This document shows, piece after piece, positions 24,478 to 37,700 of a DNA stretch of 64,000 bases (positions within the stretch are counted from its first letter, which is position 1; every line of letters begins with the position of its first letter). Under the pieces are notes generated by a model. The model saw only the letters and a program-made list of their open reading frames with translations. It was not told the DNA's origin and made no database searches. This DNA comes from Klebsormidium nitens (lineage: Eukaryota; Plantae; Klebsormidiophyceae): NCBI GenBank assembly GCA_000708835.1, contig DF236959.1, positions 164,938 through 228,937 on the forward strand. The letters run 5' to 3'. The position numbers and the translations under genes were made by a program.

Positions 24478-27400
24478 ATGGCCAACTTCTTGGAAGACGA
24501 CGAGTTCGGCGACTTTGTGGTGGTGCCCCCCACTCAGAGCACCGCCCCCCCGGTCGGAAGAACCGACAGCTTCAGCTTTGGCGAGCTTGGAGGCCCTGTG
24601 ATCCCACCCGCACCAGCTGCAAACAGCGCTGTGGTATTAGCTCAACAAATTGACAAGGCCCCTCTCACCGCATCCCCCATCAGCGAAATGATGCTCTCAA
24701 TGCACGGGCTCAAGAAACCGCAGCCGTCGAAGGGCGCCACAGCGGAACCCGCGTTTGGCCCCTCCTCCGGAGCCTTGCCGGATATTTTCGCGGTAGACTC
24801 GCCGGCGCCGTCGGGCGACTTCTCTTTTTCTGAGCCGTCGGTTGGTGACCCCTTCTCACAGCCATTCAAACCCCCTTCTGAGCCCCCACAGTCCCAGAAT
24901 ACCCTTGAGCCGGCAGTGATTCAAAATTCTCTCCAGCCCCCTCTGTTTGAGAACCCTCCCATTCCTCCATCCGCATCCTTAAATGCGGCACTGGGCCAAG
25001 TTGAGGACGACGACTGGGGGGATTTCGCAGCCGTCAAAGTCGAGGAAACCAGTTTCCCAAAACCGCCTCCCCTAGTTGCTAACGTCACTACCGAGCCCAT
25101 CGCTAACATCAGCACCAAAGCCCCGGCAAAGTCTACCTTGCTAAGCAGCATACACCCCCCCCCTTCCGTGAAGACCGGGTCTCGGCGCAGCAGCGGGGGG
25201 CCTTCTGACTTGAAACCTGTCCCGTCAACCAAACCCGCCCCGTTAACCAAGCTTGCTACTCGATCGCCTCGCTCTTCCCCCCACTCCTCCCCTCGGTCGT
25301 CCCCTCGGTCCAGCCCCCGAGCAAGGCGCGCCAGTTTAGAACCGGCCACGAGCTCCCCCCGCAGCTCCACTCTGAGCAGACCCGCTTCTAAAGCCGAGCC
25401 CACAGCCTTAGCCAAACCGAAAGCCCCTTCCCAACTGATAGGCAATCTGATACCCCCTGGGGCAGGACGTGGGAACCGGCCTGTTAACCAGGACGTTAAC
25501 AGGGCGCGGTTCGCAATGGCTGCGGGGCTAGCGTCTGAGTGGGCATCCGATTTCAAGGACTCTACCACTGGAAGAGAGGAAGCAGCGCCGCCTGCACAGG
25601 CGCCGGTTGTGGATCTGATGGACTGGGGAGAGGAGGCCATCGGTGGGTTGACTAGCTTTTTTGACCTTGCTTGGGTTAGGCCAGGGAACATGCAGATGGA
25701 ATCAGAGAGGCCAGTTATTTTCTGCTCAGTTTATCCCCGTTCGGAGGAGAGCATGTCGCATACGCGTTGCTTTGCTTTTCGGACGCTTTGAATTGAAACC
25801 GTGTACACAAAGTTTACCTTCACCTGTGACAGCAATCAGTGAGAACATAGGTTGAGGGTGCAGCTAACATGGCATCCGTCAGGGCAACGTTGTCGTGCAT
25901 AAAAAGCCCAGAGGCTTTTAGGAGTTATGCAGTTGCAAAGAGCCATTTGAGCATTCAGAAGCCAGGCGGTGAAGCCTGTATGTCTGACTTGCTTCATTAA
26001 TGCTGATATTCTAAGTTGTTTGGCTGGCTGTGTCTCGGTACACAACGGGTTTGTGGCCGGTTGCATATGAAGTTGACCAATCAAAAGACGATAGTTCCTG
26101 CTGCTCCGCCTACATGCCCCCCTCTTCGTAGCCTTTCACTCGTTCTCCACTAAAACAAGGTGCTGAAGAGTGGAACGGCCACTGCTTTTTGTTCTACAGA
26201 GCCGAGCAACCTCTCCCAAGCGGCCCCCAGCCCTGACGACGATTTCGGCGACGATTTCGGCGACTTCGTCTCCGCAACTAGTTCCACTTCCACCTCGCGC
26301 CGCGCCAGCGACTTCGACTTTACGGCTTTTGATGCGGGCTCGGATCCGGGGGCCAAGCCCAACGGGGTGAGCAACGGGGGCCACGTGGCTCCAGGATTTG
26401 GGGGGTTGGAAAGCGGCGGGGTTAACGGGAGGCGGTTCAGCGGGGCCGGGGGCTTGGAGGGCTTCGGAGAGGAGCTGACGCAGGCACCAAGCTCGTTGGA
26501 CGCTTTCTTTGGGAAAGGCATTGCGGCGAGTGCCGATCCTGGGAGAAAGGTAGAGAAGGGTCTGAGCGCTTTGGGTAATGGTTTGACAGTGCCGCCACAG
26601 CAGAGCGCCGGTGGTAGCGGGATCGGAGGGTTGGAGGGGTTTGGGGAGGAACTGACGCAGGCGCCGGTTCCGCGGGACGCTTTTCTAAGGAACGAATCCC
26701 CGGCGCAAGCGGGGGCGTCGGAGTCGACAGAAAGGGTTAGGGGCAACGGTCCGGGTTCAGCTGTTCCACAGAAAACCGGTAGCAACGGTACTGCGGGATT
26801 GGAGGGGTTTGGGGAGGAGCTCACGCAGGCGCCCAATCCGCTGGACGCATTTTTAGGCAACGCTTTACCAGCACAAGCGAGGGCGTCGGAACCGGCTGCA
26901 AGCCTCCGAGGAAGTGGGTCAGGAGCGGCCCCCGTATCCGGAGCCGGTGGTTCGAACGGCAGCTTTGCGGCTACGTTTGCGAGCCCCCTCGTGGTCGGTG
27001 CGGAAGCGTCTGGGGGCACAGGGAAACTAAGCGCGGACGCTCTGACGCCCCAGTCGACGCTGCACTCGGTGGCGCCCCCTCTCTTTCCGGACCCGGACTT
27101 TCTCGACGGGCCCGCAGTAAATGCCTCAAAGCCTGTGGGGGAAAGTGAGCCTCTTGGCGGTCTTCCTATCGGACGGTCCGAACCAGCGTCCGAAGCAGAG
27201 TCTCAAGCGTCCGAGAGGGGGTCACAAACGTCCGTGACAAACCCCCCGGTTAAGTTTGGGGTTAAGGAGGCGGGCAGGCTGTCGCGGTCAATGTTTGGGG
27301 AGGAGTCTGACGAGGAGACCGAGTTAGCTGAATCGGTTCCGGTGGGCGGGGCACCGGCGGTGGTTCCGAAAGTTGCTTCTCAGGCGCCGTCCCTTGAGGC

Positions 27401-30400
27401 CCTGCTAAACAGCAGTGCGTACGAGGCGAGCATAGCAAAAGCCTCAGGAGGCGGTGTCAGTGCGGAGAACAGGGCCTCTTCTGGGGAAGGTTCAAATGCT
27501 GACGGTCCGAGAGTGGGCACTTCCTTCGGTGCAAGTGCAGCGTCGCCGGACGCTTCTCTTGCAACTGGGAAAGGCGACAATGTCGGAGCAGCACCCGAGT
27601 TGCATTCGGCTACCCACCTTTCTCCCTCTTTAGAAAGCCTTGGAAGCTTCAGCTTTGGCCCCGTCACAGCCGCTCCAAGCACCACTGCTACGCAAGGAGG
27701 GGGCGCGTTTGGAAGTAGTGCGCCTGGCGGGGGGGTTCCAGTGACTTCAGGCGCAGCCAGCAGTGCACCCCCCCAGGACGATGACGACGATTTTGGGGAC
27801 TTTGAGAGCGCTGACGTGGCCGGGGGTCCCGGTCCGAACACCGCCGGTGGAGCGCCACTTGGCGGCGGAGCATTGGAGGACGCGCTCTTCGGTGGGTTTG
27901 ATCTTCCTCAAGCTGCCGGGAGATCCGCAGAGGGTATTCTTTCTGGAGGAGAGGAGGTTTCTCGAAGCAGCGTCGCTGCGGTGGCGGCAGGGGGCGATCC
28001 TTTTGCTAGTACGGAACCGGCAACTACCGCAGTCACGTCAGATACTTTTGCGATGTTTGGGAGTTCAGGGAAGGGAAACGGGGCGGTGGCGTCAAAGCAG
28101 GACGATCTGTATGGGAGATTTGAGGCACCCGGAACGGGCGCGGGTGCGCCTGGATTAGCTGACGAGGACGACTTCGGTGAGTTCATGGACTCCCGACGGG
28201 AGAGCGTTGCCACAACATCCACGTCCGGAGTTGATCCTTTTGGGGGGTTTGAAAACTCCAGACGAAGCAGTGCGGCTCCGGTTTCGATTCCAGGAGACGA
28301 CTTTTTCGGGGGGGCTCCGGCTTCGGCGAGGACCAGCGTCTCCGCAGCTTTGGACGATCCGTTCGGGAGTTTCGAAGGTTTAGGAACGACCGCTGGTTCA
28401 GGGGCCGCGACAGACCCGTTCGGAGGAGCGCGGGGTTCTAGGAAGGACAGCCCGAAAGCTGCGAGGGGCGGGGTGCTTATAGGAAACCTGGGTGGGGTTA
28501 GCATTCGCAGCCCTGGGACTTCTGGTCGGAGCACTGGTTTTGAAACCCTCGGCGGGTTTGAGAATCTGCCCTCTGGTCGCGCCAGCAGCGGGTCGCAGGC
28601 TGGAGCCCTCGATCTAGATCTCCTCTCCGGTCCGGTTACCCAAAATCTGGTCAAGCCTAACCCACCCAGTGACCCTTTTCTGGACCTGATGGGACTGGAC
28701 GCGTCTGCCCCGTCCACTTCCGGGCATTTGTCGGACCTGTTAAGCTCGCCGAACGGGCTAGAAACCCAGAGTTCAGTGGCGGGTTTGGCTCCGGTTAACG
28801 GGCTTCACCGATCGGTTTCGGCGCGGCGGTCGCGGCGGGAGCGGTCGCGGCGGTCGAGCTCGGCGTCCGAGGGCGTCCAAACGGAACCGGAAAGCGTCCG
28901 AGCGGAACAGGAACGCGTCCATAACGGGGGTGGCCACTCGCGAGCTGCCAGCTGGCAGGAGGGGAACCAACAGAGGCTGGAACGGACGGCGGGGAGCATG
29001 GGCTCTGGAAAAAGGAAGAGTTACAAGGAGAGCGACTTACTGGAGGTTGCGATGGATTTGTTGGAGGAGGGGAGGCTTGCAGAGGCGCGCGCTTGCTGGG
29101 CGCACATTGGGGCCCAGCGGGGGCTGCCTGAGAGGAAGGTGGGGACACGAAGTAGCTTGCTCAGTATCGCAAAGAAGTCCTTGAAGGGTTGTTATTCACA
29201 ACTGGGTGATTGACAGAGCCCCACCGCGTGCAATCAATCAAGTCTAAGTGCGATGACCGATTCGTAGCTGAGGTTTGTGGCGCTCCCTTAGAGTTAAGAG
29301 TCGATGTCGAGGAACACGGGCGTTTTAGACAAAAGACTAGCTTTATCTTCTGATGAACTTTACGATTGTCTTTGTTGATGGTTGCTGCTGAGCATTTTCG
29401 AAGGGTGTTCAAGGACTTTAAGGCAGCTGTTCCTTTGTGAGCAGAGTAATAGAAATTCTCGATGCTGTGACCGGGTCTGGGGCGAGTGTGTTTGCGTGCA
29501 GTCGAGGAACAACCAATCTTTCCGCCGACTTGTTGGCGGCGGCCAGTTCAATTGGCATCCTCGATGCCTTCGTTGGCAGAGAACGTCGATGAGACCAGAC
29601 ATCATACTGAGCACGGGGGGCCGATTCTTCGCGTCCCGCTACCAGAAGGTTTAAGTTTCCATCGGGAATCATTGTCAAAAGCGACTCTTTCCTAACATTC
29701 TTTCGCTTGCTTGCAGGCCGAGTATGAGCGGGCGATGATCGAGTCGCCCATGAAAGCCTTCGACATCATGAAAGTCATCCACGTGAGCCCTTCTCCTCGC
29801 TTTGCTCTGCACTGTGGTCTTCAAAAGTTACGAGCTAGAGCTTCTGTATTGTCTGTTCGAGTTGTGGAAGGGTCGCTGCATCGATTTGTACAAGGGCCTT
29901 AGCGTTGCATTTCATGTGAAGGCTAACCGCGAACTGTCTGTTCCAATGGCAGCTCGTTGGAGATAGATACGACTTCGTGGCAGCTTCTTAGAGAGACCAA
30001 TGGAGCGACTGAATCTGGACTGTGTGAGCGGCTTTCACAAAAAGTAGTCCTCACGACAACTTTGTCATCCCGTCCAAGAAGCTCAAGTAGGTCCCGTTTC
30101 TTCATGTAACACCACCATATTTGACGCAACACCCCTTGCAGGACTTGGAGGCGTCGCTAGCCCCCCCCCACGTGGTCGCCCGATGGCAGCGGCCGCCTGC
30201 CGCCGGCAGCAGACGGGGCTCCTTCTCCAGTGCTTCGGACAACGGACGCCTCGCCGGGCCGAGCGAGCCGGACGTCCGGATAGAAACGCAGCGGGCGTTC
30301 GTCAAGGCGTGGGAGGTGAGGACACGTGTCCATCTGTCGCTCTTGACAGGTGTCGAAAGTCCACTTTTCGTTCTCAAAAAGTGTAAGGACTGAGCACTGA

Positions 30401-33208
30401 AGGGGCTGTCGTGTACTCTTGAGAGCTATGCACGACTTGTTTGCCAGCGCGTTGCGTTGCTCTCGGTAAGTCTGACTGACACTTCCGATNNNNNNNNNNN
30501 NNNNNNNNNNNNNNNNNNNNNNNNNNNNNNNNNNNNNNNNNNNNNNNNNNNNNNNNNNNNNNNNNNNNNNNNNNNNNNNNNNNNNNNNNNNNNNNNNNNN
30601 NNNNNNNNNNNNNNNNNNNNNNNNNNNNNNNNNNNNNNNNNNNNNNNNNNNNNNNNNNNNNNNNNNNNNNNNNNNNNNNNNNNNNNNNNNNNNNNNNNNN
30701 NNNNNNNNNNNNNNNNNNNNNNNNNNNNNNNNNNNNNNNNNNNNNNNNNNNNNNNNNNNNNNNNNNNNNNNNNNNNNNNNNNNNNNNNNNNNNNNNNNNN
30801 NNNNNNNNNNNNNNNNNNNNNNNNNNNNNNNNNNNNNNNNNNNNNNNNNNNNNNNNNNNNNNNNNNNNNNNNNNNNNNNNNNNNNNNNNNNNNNNNNNNN
30901 NNNNNNNNNNNNNNNNNNNNNNNNNNNNNNNNNNNNNNNNNNNNNNNNNNNNNNNNNNNNNNNNNNNNGGAAGTGTCAGTCAGATCCCGATCGCTCGCTT
31001 CCATAGTGTGGGAGTAAGCGGCTTCAAAGGAGTAAGCAGCTTTCGCTACTCGATCGGCATATCAGCGATCTCTGGCGCTAGTGTTTGCACACCAACCTGG
31101 CTTGGATCGGTCTCTGGTGCACGGCAAGGTGGCGTTCAGACCTCACTTTTCGGCGACCAAGGCAGCATCTGGAACGCCTGTTGAGGCGCCCCTCTCTCTG
31201 TTTCCCTGCAGGATCTGGCGCACGCATGCGCTGACGAGTTGGAGGAGGGCCTGGAGATTTGGCAGCAAGCGGTGGACGCGGGGTGCGAGCAGGAGCTCCT
31301 CCGGGACCCCAAGGGTGAGCCGCTGCTGACGTCACTCTCCTCTCTTGCACCTTCGCGGACGTCATTACTGTCATTGCCCTGGTGGTTGGGTTCAAACTGC
31401 TGCTGCTATTTCTCTGCCGGTCTGGTTCGCATTTACGCTGAGCGGCTGCTGACGTGAAACTGCTCCAGGAAGGTCCTGTTTGCTCTCTAGATTTCTGGCC
31501 CGCGTGCCAACAGCTCAAAACGCCGCTTTAAGAGAACGCACTATCGGCCTTTTTCTGCTACGAGCCATCAGGGGTTTGGAGCCATCAGGGATTTGGCTTC
31601 TGAATCACGCTGAGTCCCTGGGTGCCGGTTTCACCGGCTGAACCCCTCCAAGAGTCATCAGTACGCTTCTTCCAATTCAGAACATACGACTGGAGCCCTG
31701 CTCTTCGTGAATTGTCTATGATCACCCCGCTTTTCGGGCTTGACTTTCGCTTTTTGTGCACGAAGATAAGTCAACCAACTCAGCTGTTCTGTCCTCCTCA
31801 GAGCTGCCCCTTTGCTTCTGTCCTTCCCAAACGTCCGCAGCAGTCCTCTTTCTCTCTGACAGGAAAAAGAAGTTAAGAAAGGATAAACAGTTGAACTGCT
31901 TCATGGATCATCTAACATCCTCTCTCACCGTTTGGCCGCCGCTGTCTCGCTCTCCCCAGCCCTTGGGAATAGCTCGTCCCTTCTACTTGTTCTCTTCCAC
32001 AGAAAAACGAACAAGAAGATATGCAGATTGCATCTGTATGCTTTTGTTCCTCTTCTCTTGCAGGCCGTTCTGGTTTCCCCTCGCCCTGCCACGTCCACCT
32101 TATCGTGACGCTTTCCACGTTCCTCGTTATTTCTCAAAGTAAAGAGACAGCAAGACGAGAACAGATACGTTTCTCTCAACGCTAATCCTTACGATTTCCG
32201 CAGGCCGCCGCTACTTCTCCGCCCTCTGCCGCGTCTACCTCGTCGCCGCGCTCCTCTCCTCTCTAGTTCGCTGGCGCAAGCCGTGGCTCGCAAACGCCCC
32301 CCCCGCTACGGCCGACAGCCTCCAATCCTGCCTGCACGACTGCCGGCGCGCAGCCGACGGCGGCCTGCGGAGCGCACTCCGCGCGGTTTCGGGCCGAGGC
32401 GAGGGTTTAGGGTTTAAGGAAGTGTGGGCGACCGCGCAGGGCGCGGTGCTCGAGGCGGCGGTGGGAAAAGGCCCCCGGCAGCCGGTTTGTGGGCTCACGC
32501 TGGTTCCCCAGCACGTCATAAAAGGTGAGGAATCTTGGGACGGTGGGATGCGTGGGAAGTCTGTTCTGCGTTGGGTGGACACTCTTAAGCGCCTCGTGCT
32601 TGACCCCTCGTTGCTCTGAATGGTTCTCTGTTCTCCTCGTGAGTGGTCGATCTGCAACTAGTGGTACTTTCGAGAGACACTTCCCTCTATGGTATGACAG
32701 TCAAAGGTCCTAGCTGTGCGCTGCGCGAGCATGCAAAGGAACAAAGGGCTGGCCCAGTTCCCAATGTCTGCGTGTCTTGTCTTTTTTGTTTCTTTTGAAG
32801 AATCTCTCTTCTAGTCATTTAACGTAGTCATCGACTCTGGCCTGAGTTTGGTGCCACTCTTTGCCTACAAAGATAGGGGCTCATAACTTCAGCCCAAGAC
32901 GCCAAATTTTGGAGCAGCCGTAGGTCACTGTACTCGGTATTTGCACTTGCGCTCCCTACTCTGTTCATCGGCAAGCCAGATGCGCTCGAACCTTTGAAAG
33001 ATAGAGCTTCTTCACACAAGTTTCGGCTGCCATGTGCTAAAAGCTGAAGGATAGAGCTTTTTATTGACAAGCATCGAACCCGAAAAGTGTTGTGCTTGTT
33101 GCAGCGCTTCCCCTGATCACGTGGCAGGGCCGTCAGTTCCTCGCTCCGGTAGCAAACCTGTGGCGCAATAGGATATCCCCCTCTTGTCCAGACGTATCGC
33201 TTCCCTGA
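24478..33208 (+). CDS. Synergin-gamma/aftiphilin-like AP-1 accessory protein (At1g54920-like), 1623 aa; exons 24478-25642, 26200-29138, 29717-29782, 30142-30315, 31212-31314, 32204-32524, 33105-33208
   Basis: The N-terminal region has many gamma-ear-binding-type motifs (DDEFGDF, DDWGDF, DDFGDDFGDF, DDFGDF, DDFGEF) and DPF motifs. The C-terminal domain reads GRRYFSALCRVYLVA...KPWL...CGLTLVP...ITWQGRQFLAPVANLWRNRISP. The seven exons sum to 4872 nt and all phases match. Confidence 0.85.
30490..30968. other. Assembly gap (479 N) inside an intron of the synergin-like gene
   Basis: A run of N. The flanking exons join in phase 0 without needing a hidden exon. Confidence 1.
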
Positions 33209-34744
33209 CACGTTCACGAGTTGTTCAGTCCGTTCCTAGGTTGAATAGGTCCTGTCAATCCTTGCGCCGCCGCTTTCGACACTGATCTTTAGCATTGCAG
33301 TAATACTGTTTCAGCAAGTTGACTCGTCTGAGTGGCAGCTGAGAAACGCTGGCCTTACCTTCTCAAAGTCCTCGTTCTTGCATGAACAACTAGCCGGAAG
33401 GAGTCCATAGTGCATGCATCCATGTCAATTGGCATTCAATGACTTTGCTTGCAATGCTCTTCGATCTTGCTAGCATCATCATTAGTATGGCCTGTGAATA
33501 AAGCCACGTATATTAACTTAGCTAGGTAGCGTGATTGTGTGCACTTGTTGTTGTAGGCCAATTAGTAAACCTTAGGGTCCTTTGATATGGTGGCTTGTCC
33601 ATCTGAATCAGGAGATCGTGTACACTAGCTTCTGTTCGCAATGATGCGTCATGTCACTGAGCTTGTAATGGTGGAATTAATTCAAGCAGTGCGGGCCGGT
33701 ATACAGCAGCCCAACCATAGGCGAGTAAGAGCGTGACGCGCTTCCGACAAAGCTGCCATGGCATACGCGTATATATATGCACAGCACGAGTCAGATCGCC
33801 GGGCCTGCATAATCACTCATGGATACCGGACCAGACTCAGTGGCGCGCAGCCTGCGCACTTTACATCATGCGCGTCGAATAAAACGTACAAATATGATAT
33901 TGTACGTACTTCGAAGCGAGCGTGACAGTGACTCTGTGGACTCCAACAGAAATTTTGATTGCATATGATGGTGACATGCATCATGCATGTGCACGGGGAT
34001 GCATTGATTGCCGAAGACTCATCGCGCCGCTTTGGTCTGGCACGTTTGATAAGTTCAATCAAATGTCTCCTTGACCGTCCGAACTCAAGGTCCATGGAAA
34101 GGCCCGAGCTAGAGAACCTGCAGCTAGAATAACAAATCAACCGTGTGGTCCCTTGTCCCATGGTCGGACCGTTCGTACCCACCGACCTACCGGACCATTC
34201 GGACCTACCGGACCTCAAATCTCGCCGCATCCTCACCATACCTGACATGTCAAGTTCATCACAATCCAGACAAAACTACGCTCAAAAGTCCAAAAGAACG
34301 GCCCGATGCACCGCGGCACAGAAGGCTTTAACAGCTGTACAATTCTCTTCAGCAACTTGGTATTTACACTCTGTACGCCCAACAAACCTAAAAGCGGGTC
34401 GACAAACCGACCTGATTAGCAACTACCCGAAAATGTCTCCTTGCAAACTTTAGCAGTTCGTGTGACCCCTAAGGAAAAGCTCTCAAGATCGACTTGCAAT
34501 GGCTAGGGTTGTATCATGTTGCAAAAGCGGCCCCTAGTCTGGTATATCCGACAAGGAAGGTTGTTAGCTCGTCAGGTTTTCGTGCAACGGTTGCTCCAGC
34601 GGCAATGGTCAACCCCTTGCCCGCTTGCCAGTTGTACAGTAGAGTCCGCCAAATCTAGCTAACCTCTAAGCCTTAACCGAGTTTCACCGTTTACACTCGC
34701 AGTCGCCAGCTCCTCAGATCGCACTATACTAAGCCGCCGCTGTC

Positions 34745-37700
34745 TTACACGATTGCCACAGACGCGCGCGCGCGTTTTGAGTCCTTTGCAAAAAGCGGAT
34801 CTAGCAGCCGCTTCCAGGCGTCTAGGTCCCAGTTGTTGGTGGCTCCAAGAGGAGCGCCGTTAACGAGATGGGTCGGAGTCCACACGACGCTCCGAGCGCA
34901 ACCGTACTGCAGGGACATTCCAGACGAAAGATTAGCTGGAGTGTCAACGTCCGCATAAGCTTCTACCACAAGCTCTATCGTGTCTGCCTCAGACCGTATC
35001 CTGCAAGTGCTTTGTTTCAACCCTGTTCCATGCGGGGATTCTCCGGATTGCACGCTGTCAGAAGCGCCTGCAAAAGAAGGGAAGAACAGAAGAGAAGAAA
35101 TATACGTGAAAAGACCGTGATGAGCAGAAAAACGACGCTCACATTTGAAAGAGACCCGCACAGCCAGGTTCGCATCCTTCTCGTCAAACGTGTGCGAATA
35201 CGTGTAGCGTTGGAAGGATCAGCCAAAGATAAGACGAAGAAGGCCAGAAACACAACATGCATTCGAAAGAATGTGACACGCTTGAACAACATGACCGGGA
35301 ACCCAGACTTTAACCTCTCCGTACGATGCTTGCCATGCGAGAAACGGAGACAGAACAGATGGCGCAGAAGCAGAAACGGGAGGAAAAGAACGCCTGAAAT
35401 AGAAGGTACCGGAAATTACCTATCACACGACAGAAGGACTTAGCGAAACACGAGCCCAGAAAGATGCTATGTAAAGAAGGGACAACAAGAAAGACATGAA
35501 AAAGGAAGTGCAAAATACCGCCAAAAGGAGGGGGGGAATGAACACGAACCAAAAAGGGGGTGGGAAAGCACACGAACCCACCTTGAATGAGACACGCGCT
35601 GCAAGGTCGACATCCTCCCTGTCGAACGCATGCAGAAACGAAGTCCCCGAGAGGCCGATCTTTGGCGCGATGTCGGAGAAGCGTTCGAGGGTCGAAGCGG
35701 GCGTTTCGAGCGCCGTCGCGTTGTTGTCGAACCGCTCCTGACGCTCGAATACGGCCTCCATCCACGCGATCGGGAGCGACGAGTTGAGGGCGGCTACAGC
35801 GTGCATGCCGCGCGCGGCGTGGAAGGAGTAGTGGTGGAAGCTGCAGCGGGGTTTGTGTTCTGCTCATACTATGTCTTCACAGTCGATGAATTGTGAGAAT
35901 AGTCGTGGAAATTGCAACGGGAGGTTTGTTTATTATATTGCTTGTTCCTTATGGTCGGCTTGTTTGAAATAATGCTTGTTCGTTATAGTCGGCTTAAAGT
36001 CCGTCTGGTGTTCCAAACAGACAGATGGCACATGAATTGAAAGGGCGTGCATCCCGCGAGCGTCTTCGAAGGAGTAGTAGTGAAAACTGCTAGAAGAGTT
36101 GTCATATTCTCGTACTTCGCACTACAAAATAAGTATTTCTAGATACAGAACGGCGATCCAAGGAAACTCGTGAGTTGACAGCGGCTATGGCATGCCAGCC
36201 TGGCGCGGCGTAGAAGGAGTAGTGGTGGAAACTGCAAAAGGCGGTGTGGTTATTCCAAACTTCTCGTTCAAATTAAACATTTTGAAGATACAGAACGGCG
36301 ACCTGGGGGGACGATTTAAGGGCAGCTACGGCGTGGATGCTATGAGCAGCGTTGTAATGGTGGAAACTGCAAAGGCGGGTGTGTATTCTCGTACTGGTTC
36401 CTAAGAATCGATGAAAGAGGGTTTGGTGGATATACAAAGTTAGGTTGTAGATGGAATGGCGCTTCAGAGAGAGGAGTTAAGGGCTTGCGTGCATTCGGCA
36501 GACAGCACAAAACGGACGGTGTTGGAAGCAGCAAGGGCGAGCGTGCACATCAGAGCAGTTCATCTTGTTCAGTGACTATGGAGTCACGATGGCATGAATG
36601 AATCCTAGTGGTCAAAACAAGTTTGATCTATCTGGAGAAATGCGGTATTGGGGAGAGGCCGGATCAAAAAAATCACAAAAACGGGTGTGCAAGAAGAGGA
36701 CAACACGGAACTGATTACGACACAAGCTCCTCTGAGGCGCCTGCTTAGTTAAGCAGACGATTCTTGGCTTGAAAAGTTTTTCCTCAGAGTTCGAGGAAAG
36801 AAAAGTTGGATCAAGAAGCAGCTTTCAAGAAGAAAGGACCACAAAGTTGAAGAAGTAGCTCAAAGCTTGGTTGGAGAAGTTGGCTCACGGGTTGGAGAAA
36901 GGATGGATGATGATGTCGACCTTGTCGTCCCCATAGTACGTTGAAACGTTCTTCAGAACGGGCCAAGAGGCGCGGCAGCTGGGACACCTGGATAGGCAAG
37001 AAAGGTCAACGTTTAACCACGTCTCTTTGGTGGTGGTTCATTCGTTGGTTAGTGGCTAGTTAGTGGCTGGTAGACTGCTAATCACTTTGTGGCCTACTGT
37101 TGCCACCTGATCATTGCTTCCTGACAGATGAGTGGTTGACTAAGGATCTCATGAAGGAGCATCATGGAGTCAGGTTAGCTGCCTTTGAAAAGGGGTAAGT
37201 TAAATCTTGCTGTATGCTGGAACTTGATGTGGGGGGAAGACGGGATCAGGCATTATCTGGAGTTGCAGTTGTCCGAAAACTTTCAAGGGCTTGGGAAAAA
37301 AGGGTGAACAATCTGCTGCCACCAGCCTGCAAAGCCCCCTCTGTTGTTCGAAACAGTAAGATATGCGCACGGACGACGATAAAATCAATGGAGTGGAGGT
37401 CAAAGTGGGGCTCCAAGCTCAGCAATGATCAAAATGAAAGAACTAGCATCAAGCGTACTGATTACAAGCTCACTGCATTGATGTGCATGGTGTGCATGGA
37501 ACTTTTGGAGATTGCTAGACTTTACAAGGTGATGGAACCTACACTTCTGGTGTCTTTGCACCTCTTTTGCCTCTTTACTACGGCACCTCAGCAAAGAATC
37601 TCATGAACGAATCGTTTGCGAAATATCTAACACTGGGGGTGAGCTACAAGGGTGCAACAATTGACCGGCACATGTCTGCTCCATCCGCTGGCTCTGATCT

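Noticed and set aside
24921-28717. Long minus-strand ORFs (256, 289, 153, 269 aa) opposite the synergin-like exons
   Set aside because: They are antisense shadows of GC-rich low-complexity coding DNA with no independent motifs or splice support.
30426-31017. ORFs of 192 and 186 aa across the N run
   Set aside because: Artefacts of translating Ns.
34160-34225. Short degenerate repeats (ggacctaccggacc) as a possible CRISPR-like array
   Set aside because: There are too few, irregular units with no spacer structure or cas genes, in a eukaryotic context.
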